From NCBI GenBank assembly GCA_022340345.1, contig JAJDOE010000129.1:1-55740 (forward strand): a DNA stretch of 55,740 bases. Direction: 5' to 3'. Under the pieces are notes generated by a model. That model saw nothing but the letters and a program-made list of their open reading frames with translations, was not told the DNA's origin and did not search any database. Source of the DNA: Gammaproteobacteria bacterium. Its GTDB lineage: Bacteria > Pseudomonadota > Gammaproteobacteria > HyVt-429. Below, piece after piece: positions 41,405-50,895 of this stretch (positions are counted from its first letter, which is position 1; each line of letters opens with the position of its first letter). The position numbers and the translations under genes were made by a program.

Positions 41405-42778
41405 GTGGGCGAGATTGCACCGGAGAGAATCGGCAAGTACGCGGTGGAGGGCGTACTCGGCCGGGGGGCCATGGGAGTCGTCTACCGGGCCTGGGACCCG
41501 GCGATTCAGCGGCGGGTCGCCATCAAGGTGATCCACCGGCATTTGCTGGAGGACGATAACGGCGAGCAACTGCGATCGCGTTTCCAGCAGGAGGCCCGTG
41601 CCGGGGCCCGCTGCGTGCATCCGAACATTGTCACTATTTTTGATTTCGGGACCGACGGCGGGCTTCCGTTCATCGTCATGGAGCTGGTGGATGGCCGGGA
41701 TCTGCGGAGCTTGCTGAAGGCACAGGGACCATTCGAAGTATCACGCGGCCTGCAGGTGGTGACCGGGGTGCTCGAGGCGCTGGAGGCGGCCCATCGGGAA
41801 CAGGTAGTGCATCGGGATATCAAGCCGGCAAACATCCTGATCGTAGGCGACCGGAATGTGAAGGTGTCGGATTTTGGTGTCGCCCGTATCGATACTTCGG
41901 AGCTCACCGGAACCGGCATGGCCCTGGGGACGCCGTACTACATGCCACCGGAGTCGCTGCGCGGCGAAACGGTGGATCATCGCGCTGACCTGTTCAGCGT
42001 GGGCGTCCTGCTGCTGGAATTACTGACCGGCTTCCGCCCGATTCCGAATTCCGACCTGGGGGCCCCGCTGGCGGCGGTGGAAACCGCGAATCACCTGTCG
42101 CCGGGCGAGCGGGATGCGCTGGTGAAGCTGTTGCGCATTGCCCTGCAGGGCAATGCCAGCCAGCGTTTTCAGACCGCGCGGCACTTCATTCAGGCGCTGG
42201 CGGGACTCCAGCAGGGCGACGCGACCCTGGTGCTCACCCGGACCGAGGAAATGAACGGTTCGGAGCAGATCCGTGGAATACCGGAAGCCGCTACCCCGGA
42301 ACCGGAGTGGAGTCCGGACATTCTGCAACTGCTGGAAAAGAGCCTGGCCCGATTTGTTGGTCCCATGGCCGGGCGCCTGGTGCAGGAAGACGCCCGCTCC
42401 TACGATTCACTGGAAGAGTTATGTACTTCCCTTTCCCGGCGCATTCCCTCGCCAGAGGAGCGGCAACAGTTCGTCTCGCTGGTCGAAACCTCCGGCGCGC
42501 GCCGGGCTGGCGACTCGTCGCCGTCGCTGGGACCGGGGACCAGCGCGACCCATGGCCGGCCTGATGTTCCCGTGGCCAGCGCGGCGGAACTCGCGCGGCT
42601 ATCCGAACAACTGCTGGAATTCGTCGGCCCCATGGCCTCGCGGCTGGTGGCCGATGCGGCGGGCAAGACCAGCAACCTGCAGGAACTCTATGAATTGCTG
42701 GCAACCTCGATTCCCGATCTCGAGGAACGCGACAGTTTCCTGCGCAAAGGTCCGCGCAGGGCCCGTTCCCGCCGCTAA
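41405..42778 (+). CDS. Hanks-type serine/threonine protein kinase, soluble, with a duplicated C-terminal ~55-aa module
   Basis: 'GRGAMGVVY','VAIKV','HRDIKPANILI','VSDFGVA','YMPPE'. No TM segment. The GTG start lies 8 nt after the upstream stop. Confidence 0.9.
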   Translation: MGEIAPERIGKYAVEGVLGRGAMGVVYRAWDPAIQRRVAIKVIHRHLLEDDNGEQLRSRFQQEARAGARCVHPNIVTIFDFGTDGGLPFIVMELVDGRDLRSLLKAQGPFEVSRGLQVVTGVLEALEAAHREQVVHRDIKPANILIVGDRNVKVSDFGVARIDTSELTGTGMALGTPYYMPPESLRGETVDHRADLFSVGVLLLELLTGFRPIPNSDLGAPLAAVETANHLSPGERDALVKLLRIALQGNASQRFQTARHFIQALAGLQQGDATLVLTRTEEMNGSEQIRGIPEAATPEPEWSPDILQLLEKSLARFVGPMAGRLVQEDARSYDSLEELCTSLSRRIPSPEERQQFVSLVETSGARRAGDSSPSLGPGTSATHGRPDVPVASAAELARLSEQLLEFVGPMASRLVADAAGKTSNLQELYELLATSIPDLEERDSFLRKGPRRARSRR

Positions 42779-44061
42779 CCCAGTCCGTACAGTTCCGGAA
42801 AAACCAGCACCGAGCCCAGGATCGCCACCTGCATGGCGATGAACGGGACTACGCCACGGTAGATGTCGGTGGTGCGAACCTCGGCTGGCGCCACACCCTT
42901 GAGGTAGAACAGGCTGAAACCGAACGGTGGCGTGAGGAACGAGGTTTGCAGGTTCATTGCAATGAGAATCGCGAACCACAGCATGCTGATGCCCAGCGCC
43001 TCGGCCACCGGGGCGAGGATCGGCACCACGATGAAGGATATTTCGACGAAGTCGATAAAGAATCCGAGTGCCAGGATGAACAGCATGGAGAAAATCAGGA
43101 ATCCCCACTGCTCTCCGGGTAGCCGCAGCAGGAATTGTTCCACCACCGTATCGCCGCCGGTATAGGTGAAGGCCATGGAGAAGGCCGTGGCCCCCAGCAG
43201 GATTGCGAACACCATGGCGGTCACCTCGACCGTGGCGCGGGCGCTGTCGAACAGCATCCGCAAGGAAAACCGCCGGTAGAAGACCGCCAGTGCGATGGCG
43301 CCGGCGCCGCCGAGGGCCGAGGACTCCGTCGGCGTGGCGATGCCGGCAAAGATCGAGCCCAGCACCACGACAATCAGCAATAGCGGGGGAACCACCGCCC
43401 GCAGCGCTTGCAACACCGGGTAGCGGTGGTCGTCGCCGCCTTCAAAGGGCACGCTTGGTGCCCGCTGGGGATTGCCGCGGGTCCAGGCCAGCACGTACAG
43501 ACAATACAGGCCCACCAGCGCCAGTCCGGGCAGCACCGCCGCCCGGAACAGTTCCCCCACCGGCAATCCGAGAACGTCGCCAAGGATAATCAGCACAATG
43601 GAGGGCGGAATAATCTGACCCAGGGTGCCCGCGCCGCAGATGGCGCCGCAGGCCAGCCCCTTGTCATAGCCGTGCTTCAGCATCACCGGCAGCGAAATCA
43701 CGCCCATGGCCACCACGCTCGCACCCACCACGCCGGTGGAGGCCGCCAGCAACGCGCCCACCAGGATCGTGGCGATGGCCAGGCCGCCGTGCAGCCCGCC
43801 GAACAGGCGCCCGATCGCAACCAGCAACTGTTCCGCAAGTCGGGTGCGCTGCAGCACAATGCCCATGAAAATAAACATGGGCACCGCCATCAGCACCGTG
43901 TTCTCCATGATGCTCTGGATACGAAACGGCATGAAAGCAAAGATGTCCATTCCCTCCGCCAGCACGCCGAACACCAGCGCAACGCCGCCAAAGGTAAAGG
44001 CCACCGGGAAGCCCGCCAGCAACAGGACCAGCGCGGTGGCGAACATGAGAACTCCGATCAT
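42775..44061 (-). CDS. TRAP transporter large permease (DctM-type)
   Basis: 428-aa polytopic protein, DctM-like along its full length. Confidence 0.92.
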   Translation of the reverse strand: MIGVLMFATALVLLLAGFPVAFTFGGVALVFGVLAEGMDIFAFMPFRIQSIMENTVLMAVPMFIFMGIVLQRTRLAEQLLVAIGRLFGGLHGGLAIATILVGALLAASTGVVGASVVAMGVISLPVMLKHGYDKGLACGAICGAGTLGQIIPPSIVLIILGDVLGLPVGELFRAAVLPGLALVGLYCLYVLAWTRGNPQRAPSVPFEGGDDHRYPVLQALRAVVPPLLLIVVVLGSIFAGIATPTESSALGGAGAIALAVFYRRFSLRMLFDSARATVEVTAMVFAILLGATAFSMAFTYTGGDTVVEQFLLRLPGEQWGFLIFSMLFILALGFFIDFVEISFIVVPILAPVAEALGISMLWFAILIAMNLQTSFLTPPFGFSLFYLKGVAPAEVRTTDIYRGVVPFIAMQVAILGSVLVFPELYGLG

Positions 44062-44074
44062 CGGCGCGGACGAC

Positions 44075-44620
44075 TCACAGCTTGCCCTCGCCGTGGTGGT
44101 GCGCTTTGCGCAGACCCAGGGCCTCGTTGACGGCGCGCAGCAGGAATCCGATGCCGCTGACCAGGGCGCAGGCGAAGGAGAGGGGTATCAGTCCCTTGAC
44201 GAGCCAGCGCCAGGGCAGGCCCCCCGGGTCGCCGCTGCCCTCGTTGATCTCCAGGGCGGCACGGGCAAACTCGAAGCCGTAGCCGGCCACCACCACGCAG
44301 AACGGGATCAGCAGCAGCAGGGTGCCGGCGATGTCGATCACCCCCCGCCACCTGGGTCCGAGACGTTCGTAGATCAGGTCCACCCGCACATGGGCATCGC
44401 GGCGCAGGGTGTACGCCACGCCGAGCAGAAACACCGCCGAATACAGGTGCCATTCCAGTTCCTGCATGGCGATGGACACGTCGTTGAAGACGTATCGCAT
44501 GACGACGTCGAAAAAGATGTTTGCCAGCAGGGCCAGCAGCAGCACTGCGGCGATGTTACCGACCGTGTCGGAAAAACGGTTGCAGGCGTCTTCCAGGCGC
44601 AGTAGCAGCGTGCGGGACAT
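44075..44620 (-). CDS. TRAP transporter small permease (DctQ-type)
   Basis: 181 aa with 4 TM segments, located between the P and M components. Confidence 0.85.
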   Translation of the reverse strand: MSRTLLLRLEDACNRFSDTVGNIAAVLLLALLANIFFDVVMRYVFNDVSIAMQELEWHLYSAVFLLGVAYTLRRDAHVRVDLIYERLGPRWRGVIDIAGTLLLLIPFCVVVAGYGFEFARAALEINEGSGDPGGLPWRWLVKGLIPLSFACALVSGIGFLLRAVNEALGLRKAHHHGEGKL

Positions 44621-44671
44621 GCGGGGATAGTACCGCGCGCCGGGTTGGCGCAGGGCTACCCGGCAATCGGT

Positions 44672-45751
44672 TCAGCGGTGCTGGCTGTTGAGGTAGGCGA
44701 GGTCGGAGATGTCGGTCCAGGCGCGGGCCTTGGCCAGGTAAGCGGCCTGGGACTCGATGATCTCCCGGGCCAGCGGGTCGGCGGCGGCTCTCTCACGCAG
44801 CAGCCCGGCATTGGCCTCCCGCAGCGCGTCCATCACCACGGGCGGAAAGGTACGAACCTTGATTTGCGGGTAGTCCTGTTTCATGGTCGCCCAGTTGACC
44901 GCGCTGGCGTGGTAGGTGTGGACATAAATTTCGAACGCAGCGGCGCGCATGGCGACCCGCAGGATTTCCTGCAGGTCCTCCGGCAGGCGCTCCCAACTGC
45001 GCTGGTTGACCAGGAACTGCAACTCCGCCGCCGGCTCGTGCCAGCCGGTGTAGTAGTAGGGCGCGATCCGGTGAAACCCCATGCGCAGGTCCAGGGAGGG
45101 ACCGACCCATTCCAGGGCATCAATGGTGCCCCGCTCCAGCGCGCTGTACAGCTCACCGGCGGCAATGTTGGTGGGTTTGGCTCCGAGTTTCGCCAGCACC
45201 TCTCCGGCAAAGCCGGGAATACGCATCTTGAGTCCCTTGAGGTCGTCCAGCCCGTTGATTTCCTTCTGGAACCAACCGCCCATCTGGTTTCCGGTATTCC
45301 CGCCGGGAAAGGACAGCAAGCCGTGGGGCTGGTACACCCGGTTCATGAGTTCCATGCCGCCACCATGGTAAAACCAGGCGTACTGTTCCGGCGTGGTCAT
45401 GCCGAAGGGCATGGTAGTGAAATACAGGGTGTTGGGGACCTTGCCCTTCCAGTAATACGACGCCGAGTGGCCGATGTCGTACTGGCCGGCCTTGACCATG
45501 TCGAAAATTCCCAGCGGGGCCTTGTGCTTGTTGCGGGCGTGGGAGGTGATGATCAGCCGACCGCCGGACATGCGGCGCACGGATTCGGTGAGGTTCTGTA
45601 TGGCCTCGCCAAAGATCGGGTAGTTGGGCGGCCAGCTCTCTGCCAGTAGCAGCCGATGCACCTCGGCGGCGCTGGCGGGGAGCCACGCCCATGCCGCCAG
45701 CAGCAGTGCCAGCAAACCCGGTCGGGCGCTGATCCGCGGGAGTCTCTTCAC
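44672..45751 (-). CDS. TRAP transporter periplasmic solute-binding protein (DctP superfamily, COG4663-like)
   Basis: Signal peptide '..WLPASAAE', then 'GIFDMVKAGQYDIGHSASYYW' and 'GTIDALEWVGP'. The ATG overlaps the pckA stop (ATGA). Confidence 0.9.
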   Translation of the reverse strand: MKRLPRISARPGLLALLLAAWAWLPASAAEVHRLLLAESWPPNYPIFGEAIQNLTESVRRMSGGRLIITSHARNKHKAPLGIFDMVKAGQYDIGHSASYYWKGKVPNTLYFTTMPFGMTTPEQYAWFYHGGGMELMNRVYQPHGLLSFPGGNTGNQMGGWFQKEINGLDDLKGLKMRIPGFAGEVLAKLGAKPTNIAAGELYSALERGTIDALEWVGPSLDLRMGFHRIAPYYYTGWHEPAAELQFLVNQRSWERLPEDLQEILRVAMRAAAFEIYVHTYHASAVNWATMKQDYPQIKVRTFPPVVMDALREANAGLLRERAAADPLAREIIESQAAYLAKARAWTDISDLAYLNSQHR

Positions 45752-47424
45752 ATCACGGCCTGGATGCCGAACTCCGCGAACCCCTTTTGTTCGAAATTGT
45801 CGCGGAACATCTGGCGCAGCTTGCCGGCCTGCTCATCGTAGGCCTCTTTATCGGCCCAGGTGTTGCGCGGGTCGAGAATTTCCGGCGGCACGCCGGGGCA
45901 GGAAGTGGGCATTTTCAGGTGAAACACCGGGTGTTCCTTGTACTCCACCTTGCCTTCATCCAGATCCCCTCGCAGGGCGGCATTGAGTAAAGCGCGGGTG
46001 TGGGTGATGGAGATGCGCTCGCCGGTACCGTAGGCGCCACCCGACCAGCCGGTGTTCAGCAGGATGCAGCGGGCCTGGTACTTTTCCATTTTTTCCGCCA
46101 GTAGCCGGGCGTAGACATCCGGTTTATGAGACATGAACGGCGCGCCGAAGCAGGCACTGAAAGTCGCCCGGGGCTCCGTCACCCCCACCTCGGTACCCGC
46201 CAGCTTGGCCGTGAAACCGGACACGAAGTGATACATGACCTGTTTTCCCTCCAGCACGGAGACCGGTGGCAGCACTCCGAAGGCGTCCGCCGTCAACAGC
46301 ACAATGGTACGTGGGTGCGGGCCGCGGGCACCTTTGGCCACGTGAGGATTGCAATGTAGCGGGTAGGCGAAACGCGTATTTTCGGTTATGCCGGCATCCG
46401 ACAGGTCCAGGTCCTGGGGGTCGGTGTCCTCCAGCGCCTTGCCGGGCACGGCGGGGACGTTCTCGATCATGGTGCCGGGCATGGAAAGCGCAGCGGCGAT
46501 CACCGGCTCCACCTCCTTGTCCAGATCGATCAGCTTGGCGTAACAGCCACCTTCAAAGTTGGAGATGCCGTTTCCCGTCCAGGAGTGTTCGTCGTCACCG
46601 ATCAGCTCGCGATGCGGGTCCGCGGAAAGGGTGGTCTTTCCGGTTCCGGACAGGCCGAACAGCACCGCACAATCTCCCTCGGCGCCCACGTTGGCCGCCG
46701 CGTGCATGGACAATTCGCCCATCTCCGGCAGCAGGAAGTTCATCACCGTGAACATGGTCTTCTTGACCACGCCACAGTAGTCCGAACGGCCCAGCACCAG
46801 GGCGACGCGGTTGGCGATATCCATGATTACCGCCCGCTCGCTGGGCGTGCCATCCCGCTCCGGATTGCAGTGAAAGGAAGGCACGTTGATCATGGTGAAA
46901 CGTTTACCTTCCTCGTCCTCGATGCCCTGCACGCCACTGGCGAACATGATGCCGGTGAACATGGCATGGGAAGCGTACTCACCGATAAAGCGGTAGGGCA
47001 TGGCAAATGCCGGATCCCAGCCGCAGTAGACGTCCTTCAGGTACAAGGGATTGCCGCGTTCGTTGAGGTGGGTAATGACCCGCTGCAGCAGCCGGTCGAA
47101 GGTCGCCGGATCGAAGGCCTTGAAATCATCCTTCCACCAGACCTTGTCGACAATTTCCGGGCGGGCGACACCGAAGGTATCCGCGGTGGGGCGACCGGTG
47201 CAGGTGGGGTCGCTGTAATAAACGAGCGGTCCTTCTACCCCCAGGTGGGTCGCCCAGGCCTTCTGGGCATCGTCGGGTCCGTCCTCGTGGACGCGGCCGC
47301 GGTCATTGGCGATGGCCTGGTGAAACAGTTCGGCCTGGGACAGGTTGATTTTCAGAGGGGCCTTGAGCCCGAACTGGAACCGAACATCCGCCGCAATCGC
47401 CTCGCTTCCCCTGTCCTGGATCAT
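45748..47424 (-). CDS. pckA: Phosphoenolpyruvate carboxykinase (ATP)
   Basis: Kinase-1a 'FGLSGTGKTTLS', 'LIGDDEHSW', 'GGCYAK', 'NTGWSGG'. 558 aa. Confidence 0.95.
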   Translation of the reverse strand: MIQDRGSEAIAADVRFQFGLKAPLKINLSQAELFHQAIANDRGRVHEDGPDDAQKAWATHLGVEGPLVYYSDPTCTGRPTADTFGVARPEIVDKVWWKDDFKAFDPATFDRLLQRVITHLNERGNPLYLKDVYCGWDPAFAMPYRFIGEYASHAMFTGIMFASGVQGIEDEEGKRFTMINVPSFHCNPERDGTPSERAVIMDIANRVALVLGRSDYCGVVKKTMFTVMNFLLPEMGELSMHAAANVGAEGDCAVLFGLSGTGKTTLSADPHRELIGDDEHSWTGNGISNFEGGCYAKLIDLDKEVEPVIAAALSMPGTMIENVPAVPGKALEDTDPQDLDLSDAGITENTRFAYPLHCNPHVAKGARGPHPRTIVLLTADAFGVLPPVSVLEGKQVMYHFVSGFTAKLAGTEVGVTEPRATFSACFGAPFMSHKPDVYARLLAEKMEKYQARCILLNTGWSGGAYGTGERISITHTRALLNAALRGDLDEGKVEYKEHPVFHLKMPTSCPGVPPEILDPRNTWADKEAYDEQAGKLRQMFRDNFEQKGFAEFGIQAVM

Positions 47425-47704
47425 TTTTATGAGCCCATTACCGAAAGGAGGGCAAGGCTACCGGCCCGGTCCGGGCAAGGCAAGATTGCTGTCTGCCGGA
47501 CCCGGGCGAAGCCGGTTTCCGGTTGCTTTGTTTCCGTCACATGGCGGGTTAGGGTCGGGCGATTACCCGGCGAAGGACCCCCTTGCGCATGCAGTCGAAC
47601 CACTCCCGTGATCGCCGAATCCGCCGGTCCGCGGTATTTCGGATGGGGTGTCCTGGGTTCCACGCCACCGGCACTGGCCGGCTGCCGGCGGGCGGGCGGC
47701 TGCG

Positions 47705-49126
47705 GTGAGCACCTCGCTGCTCTGGTTCCGGCGTGATCTGCGCCTGGATGATCAGCCGGCGCTGGACGCCGCACTGGCGCGTGGCTCGCGTGTCGTTCCG
47801 GTGTACGTCGAGTCCGGGGCCGGCCGCTGGGCGGAAGGCGCCGCCAGCCGCTGGTGGCGGCATCACAGCCTGGCGGCGCTGAGCGAAGCGCTTGCGGAGC
47901 GTGGCTCCCGCCTGCTGCTGCGACGCGGCGACCCGCAGACCGTGATGGCAACGCTGGTGCGCGAGACCGGTGCGGTCGAAATCCACACCAACCGTCTGGC
48001 CGAACCGCCGGGCTGTGCCGGCGCGGATTCGGATCAACTCGCCGGGGTTCCGGTGCGGTTGCATGGCGGCAACCTGCTCAACCCGCCGGAGCTGCCGCGC
48101 AACCGCAGCGGCGGCCCGTACCGGGTCTTCACGCCCTACTACCAGCGGGTGCTGGGTGAGCTCAACCCGGCGCCGCGGCCGGCGCCGACGGCACTGCCTG
48201 CGGTACCGGGCGATCTGGACAGCCTTCGCCTCGACCAGCTGGGCCTGTTGCCCCGGCAGGATTGGGCGCGTGGCCTGGCGGCTCGCTGGACGCCGGGAGA
48301 GTCCGGTGCCCAGGCGCGGCTGGAACGGGTGGTGGATTCGATTCTCGCTGCCTATCCCGAAGGTCGGGACCGTCCCGCGGAGGATGCGACATCGTGCCTT
48401 TCACCGCATCTGCATTTTGGCGAGATCAGCCCCGCCCGGGTAATGCTGGAACTACAGGCCGCGGTCATGGCGCAGCGTGACACCCGCCAGGCGGCCGGCG
48501 CCCGGGAGCTGGTTCGCCAGCTTATCTGGCGGGAATTCGCCCATCACGTATTGCTGCATTTCCCCCATACCTGCGAGCAGCCCTTCGACCCGCGTTTCGG
48601 GCAGTTTCCCTGGCGTGAGGACCCGGTCACCCTGGCTGCCTGGCAGCGTGGTGAAACCGGCATCCCGATGGTGGACGCAGGTATGCGCGAACTGTGGCAC
48701 ACGGGTTTCATGCACAACCGGGTACGCATGATTGCCGCCTCGTTGCTGACCAAGAGCGCCGGCATCCACTGGCTGCACGGCGCACGCTGGTTCTGGGACA
48801 CCCTGGTGGACGCGGACCTGGCAAGCAATTCACTCAACTGGCAGTGGGTGGCCGGGTGCGGCGTGGATGCGGCGCCGTTCTTTCGCATCTTCAACCCGGT
48901 CACCCAGAGCCGGCGCTTCGATCCGGCCGGCGTCTACCTGCGGCGCTGGTTGCCCGAACTGAGCCCACTGCCGAACGCGCTGATCCATGCGCCCTGGGAA
49001 AAACCGGCGCTGGTCCAGGATCGCGGGGTGGTGCTGGGTCGGGATTATCCCCGGCCGGTGCTGGACCTGGCCGTTTCCCGCAATCGGGCGCTGGCGGCCT
49101 GGAAACGCCTGCTTCAGAAAGCCTAG
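47705..49126 (+). CDS. phrB: Deoxyribodipyrimidine photolyase (class I CPD)
   Basis: 'LLWFRRDLRLDDQPAL', 'LSPHLHFGEIS', 'WREF', 'TGIPMVDAGMRELWHTGFMHNRVRMI', 'NWQWVAG'. I prefer GTG 47705, because the 47648 extension is non-homologous. Confidence 0.9.
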   Translation: MSTSLLWFRRDLRLDDQPALDAALARGSRVVPVYVESGAGRWAEGAASRWWRHHSLAALSEALAERGSRLLLRRGDPQTVMATLVRETGAVEIHTNRLAEPPGCAGADSDQLAGVPVRLHGGNLLNPPELPRNRSGGPYRVFTPYYQRVLGELNPAPRPAPTALPAVPGDLDSLRLDQLGLLPRQDWARGLAARWTPGESGAQARLERVVDSILAAYPEGRDRPAEDATSCLSPHLHFGEISPARVMLELQAAVMAQRDTRQAAGARELVRQLIWREFAHHVLLHFPHTCEQPFDPRFGQFPWREDPVTLAAWQRGETGIPMVDAGMRELWHTGFMHNRVRMIAASLLTKSAGIHWLHGARWFWDTLVDADLASNSLNWQWVAGCGVDAAPFFRIFNPVTQSRRFDPAGVYLRRWLPELSPLPNALIHAPWEKPALVQDRGVVLGRDYPRPVLDLAVSRNRALAAWKRLLQKA

Positions 49127-49722
49127 TGCCGGGTGAGGGTCTCGTAGCGGGCATAGGCGTCGCAGTAGGCTCGCTGCCAGCCGCGCATGTCCGCCAGGTA
49201 GGCGCCACCCTGGGCGGACGCGGCGCGGCTGCCATAGGCAAGACAGTTCTGGTGCAGGCGCTCACGCTCCCGGGACCGACAATCCCGCCAGGCGATGGAG
49301 CCCGGATTATGGCGCTGGCAGGCCTCCAGCTTGAGCGGGTAGCGAGGACGGGAAACGGGCGGCCGGCGGCGCTGAGTAAGTCGGGGTGCCCGGGGCGGGT
49401 CGACTCCCGGGGCGCTGAGCCCGAAGCGGTTTGCGTGGTCGCGCATTCGCCCGCATGCCGCATCGCGCATGGTGGCGGCGCTGGAGTCGCTGTGCAGGCG
49501 GTCTGTCCAGTAGCTGCAGATGCGACGCAGCTCCTCCAGTTCCCGGGCGGCCTGGTCCGCGGCGGGCGGGCGGATCAGGGTAAAATGGGTTCCGCCGTCC
49601 GAAGTCTGAAGGGACGGTCCGGCCGGTACCGGTGCCGCTGCCAATGCGGCGACCGATACAGCCACCCGGGCCGCCACAAGGCGTGCGGGCCAAAACCACC
49701 GGAGCGGGCTTCCTGGAGACAT
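49123..49722 (-). CDS. Hypothetical secreted Cys-rich protein
   Basis: Signal-like 'RLVAARVAVSVAALAAAPVPA' and six Cys in the mature part. No family recognised and the RBS is weak. The coding status is uncertain in this stop-poor DNA. Confidence 0.35.
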   Translation of the reverse strand: MSPGSPLRWFWPARLVAARVAVSVAALAAAPVPAGPSLQTSDGGTHFTLIRPPAADQAARELEELRRICSYWTDRLHSDSSAATMRDAACGRMRDHANRFGLSAPGVDPPRAPRLTQRRRPPVSRPRYPLKLEACQRHNPGSIAWRDCRSRERERLHQNCLAYGSRAASAQGGAYLADMRGWQRAYCDAYARYETLTRH

Positions 49723-49825
49723 GCGCGGAAGCGTATCCGCCGCGGCCCGGCTCGTGGGCCGGGAATTCGACATGTGACGGAAGTACTTGGCCGGCCCACG
49801 CGAGCCAATGGAAGCCGCCAGGTCT

Positions 49826-50779
49826 TCAGAAGGCGGCCTGCTCCGCTTCCAGTACCGCCAGGCTCACCTGCTGGCCGAAGTTATCGTTGAAGCCGGTCCA
49901 GCTTCGGAACGCCTCGACCCGGGGCGCAAGCTGTTGCTTGATCTCGAACGGCGCCTTGCCTTCTTCCATCCCGCGGGCGGCGGCATCGTAGATGATTTTC
50001 AGGTAGTCGCGAAACGCCGAGGCGCGGTCACTGCCACCGCTGGGTCCGTGCCCCGGGACATAGTATTTCAGCTTCAGGGCCAGGGCCCGTTCCAGTCCGG
50101 CGATGTTGCCCCGGAAGCTGCTGATTTCAGGTTCCATGCGGCCCATGCGCTCGAAGACCCCGAGATCGCCGAGAAAGATCAGCTGGTCCTGAACCACCTC
50201 GAACATGGCGTCGGAACGGGTGTGGGCGATATCGGAAAGATAAACGCGAAACGTCAGCCCGCCGATCTGCAGTTCCTGGCCATCGCTGAGCGGGGATTGC
50301 GGGATTTCCACGCGGGTGCTCTCGGAGGCCCCGTCGGTGAAACGCAGCATCAATTCCACCCAGCGCTGGCCTTCGCCGGCCTTCGCTTCCTCGATCATGT
50401 GCGGGTGCGCGTACATGCGAACCCCGGGGTAGGCTTCCCGGATGACACTACTCGCAAGCCAGTGATCGCCATGAATGTGGGTAACCAGGATATCGGTAAC
50501 CGGCTTGTCGGTAAGTTTCCGCAGCTGGCGCAGCACCATGTGTCCGACTTCCGCGGTGCCGCCCGGATCCACGATTACCGCACCGGTTTCCGTCAGCACG
50601 ATGGCCGGGTTGTTCATGAAGCCGAGGTTCTGTGGGTTGGGCCGCTCCTTCGAGCCGTGCAACACGTAGACGTGCTCGGATACCCGAACCGGCGCCACGT
50701 CGGGCACCGGTGACCCGGCCAGCGCCAGGCCGCTGAGCAGCGCCAGGCCGGCGCCGAACGCCAGTCGGAAGTTGGTCAT
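49826..50779 (-). CDS. Periplasmic MBL-fold metallo-hydrolase
   Basis: The ATG at 50779 has 'aggaa' upstream. Signal peptide '..LALAGSP' and the metal motif 'THIHGDHW'. Confidence 0.8.
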   Translation of the reverse strand: MTNFRLAFGAGLALLSGLALAGSPVPDVAPVRVSEHVYVLHGSKERPNPQNLGFMNNPAIVLTETGAVIVDPGGTAEVGHMVLRQLRKLTDKPVTDILVTHIHGDHWLASSVIREAYPGVRMYAHPHMIEEAKAGEGQRWVELMLRFTDGASESTRVEIPQSPLSDGQELQIGGLTFRVYLSDIAHTRSDAMFEVVQDQLIFLGDLGVFERMGRMEPEISSFRGNIAGLERALALKLKYYVPGHGPSGGSDRASAFRDYLKIIYDAAARGMEEGKAPFEIKQQLAPRVEAFRSWTGFNDNFGQQVSLAVLEAEQAAF

Positions 50780-50895
50780 AGGTGGATTCCTGTATGGGGG
50801 ATTGGAACGATCAGGGTCCGATTTTGTACATCGCGCTGGCAATTTGTCCACCCCGTGTTTTGCTCCGGCGGCGGCGGCCTGCTAGCGTTGGCCCC

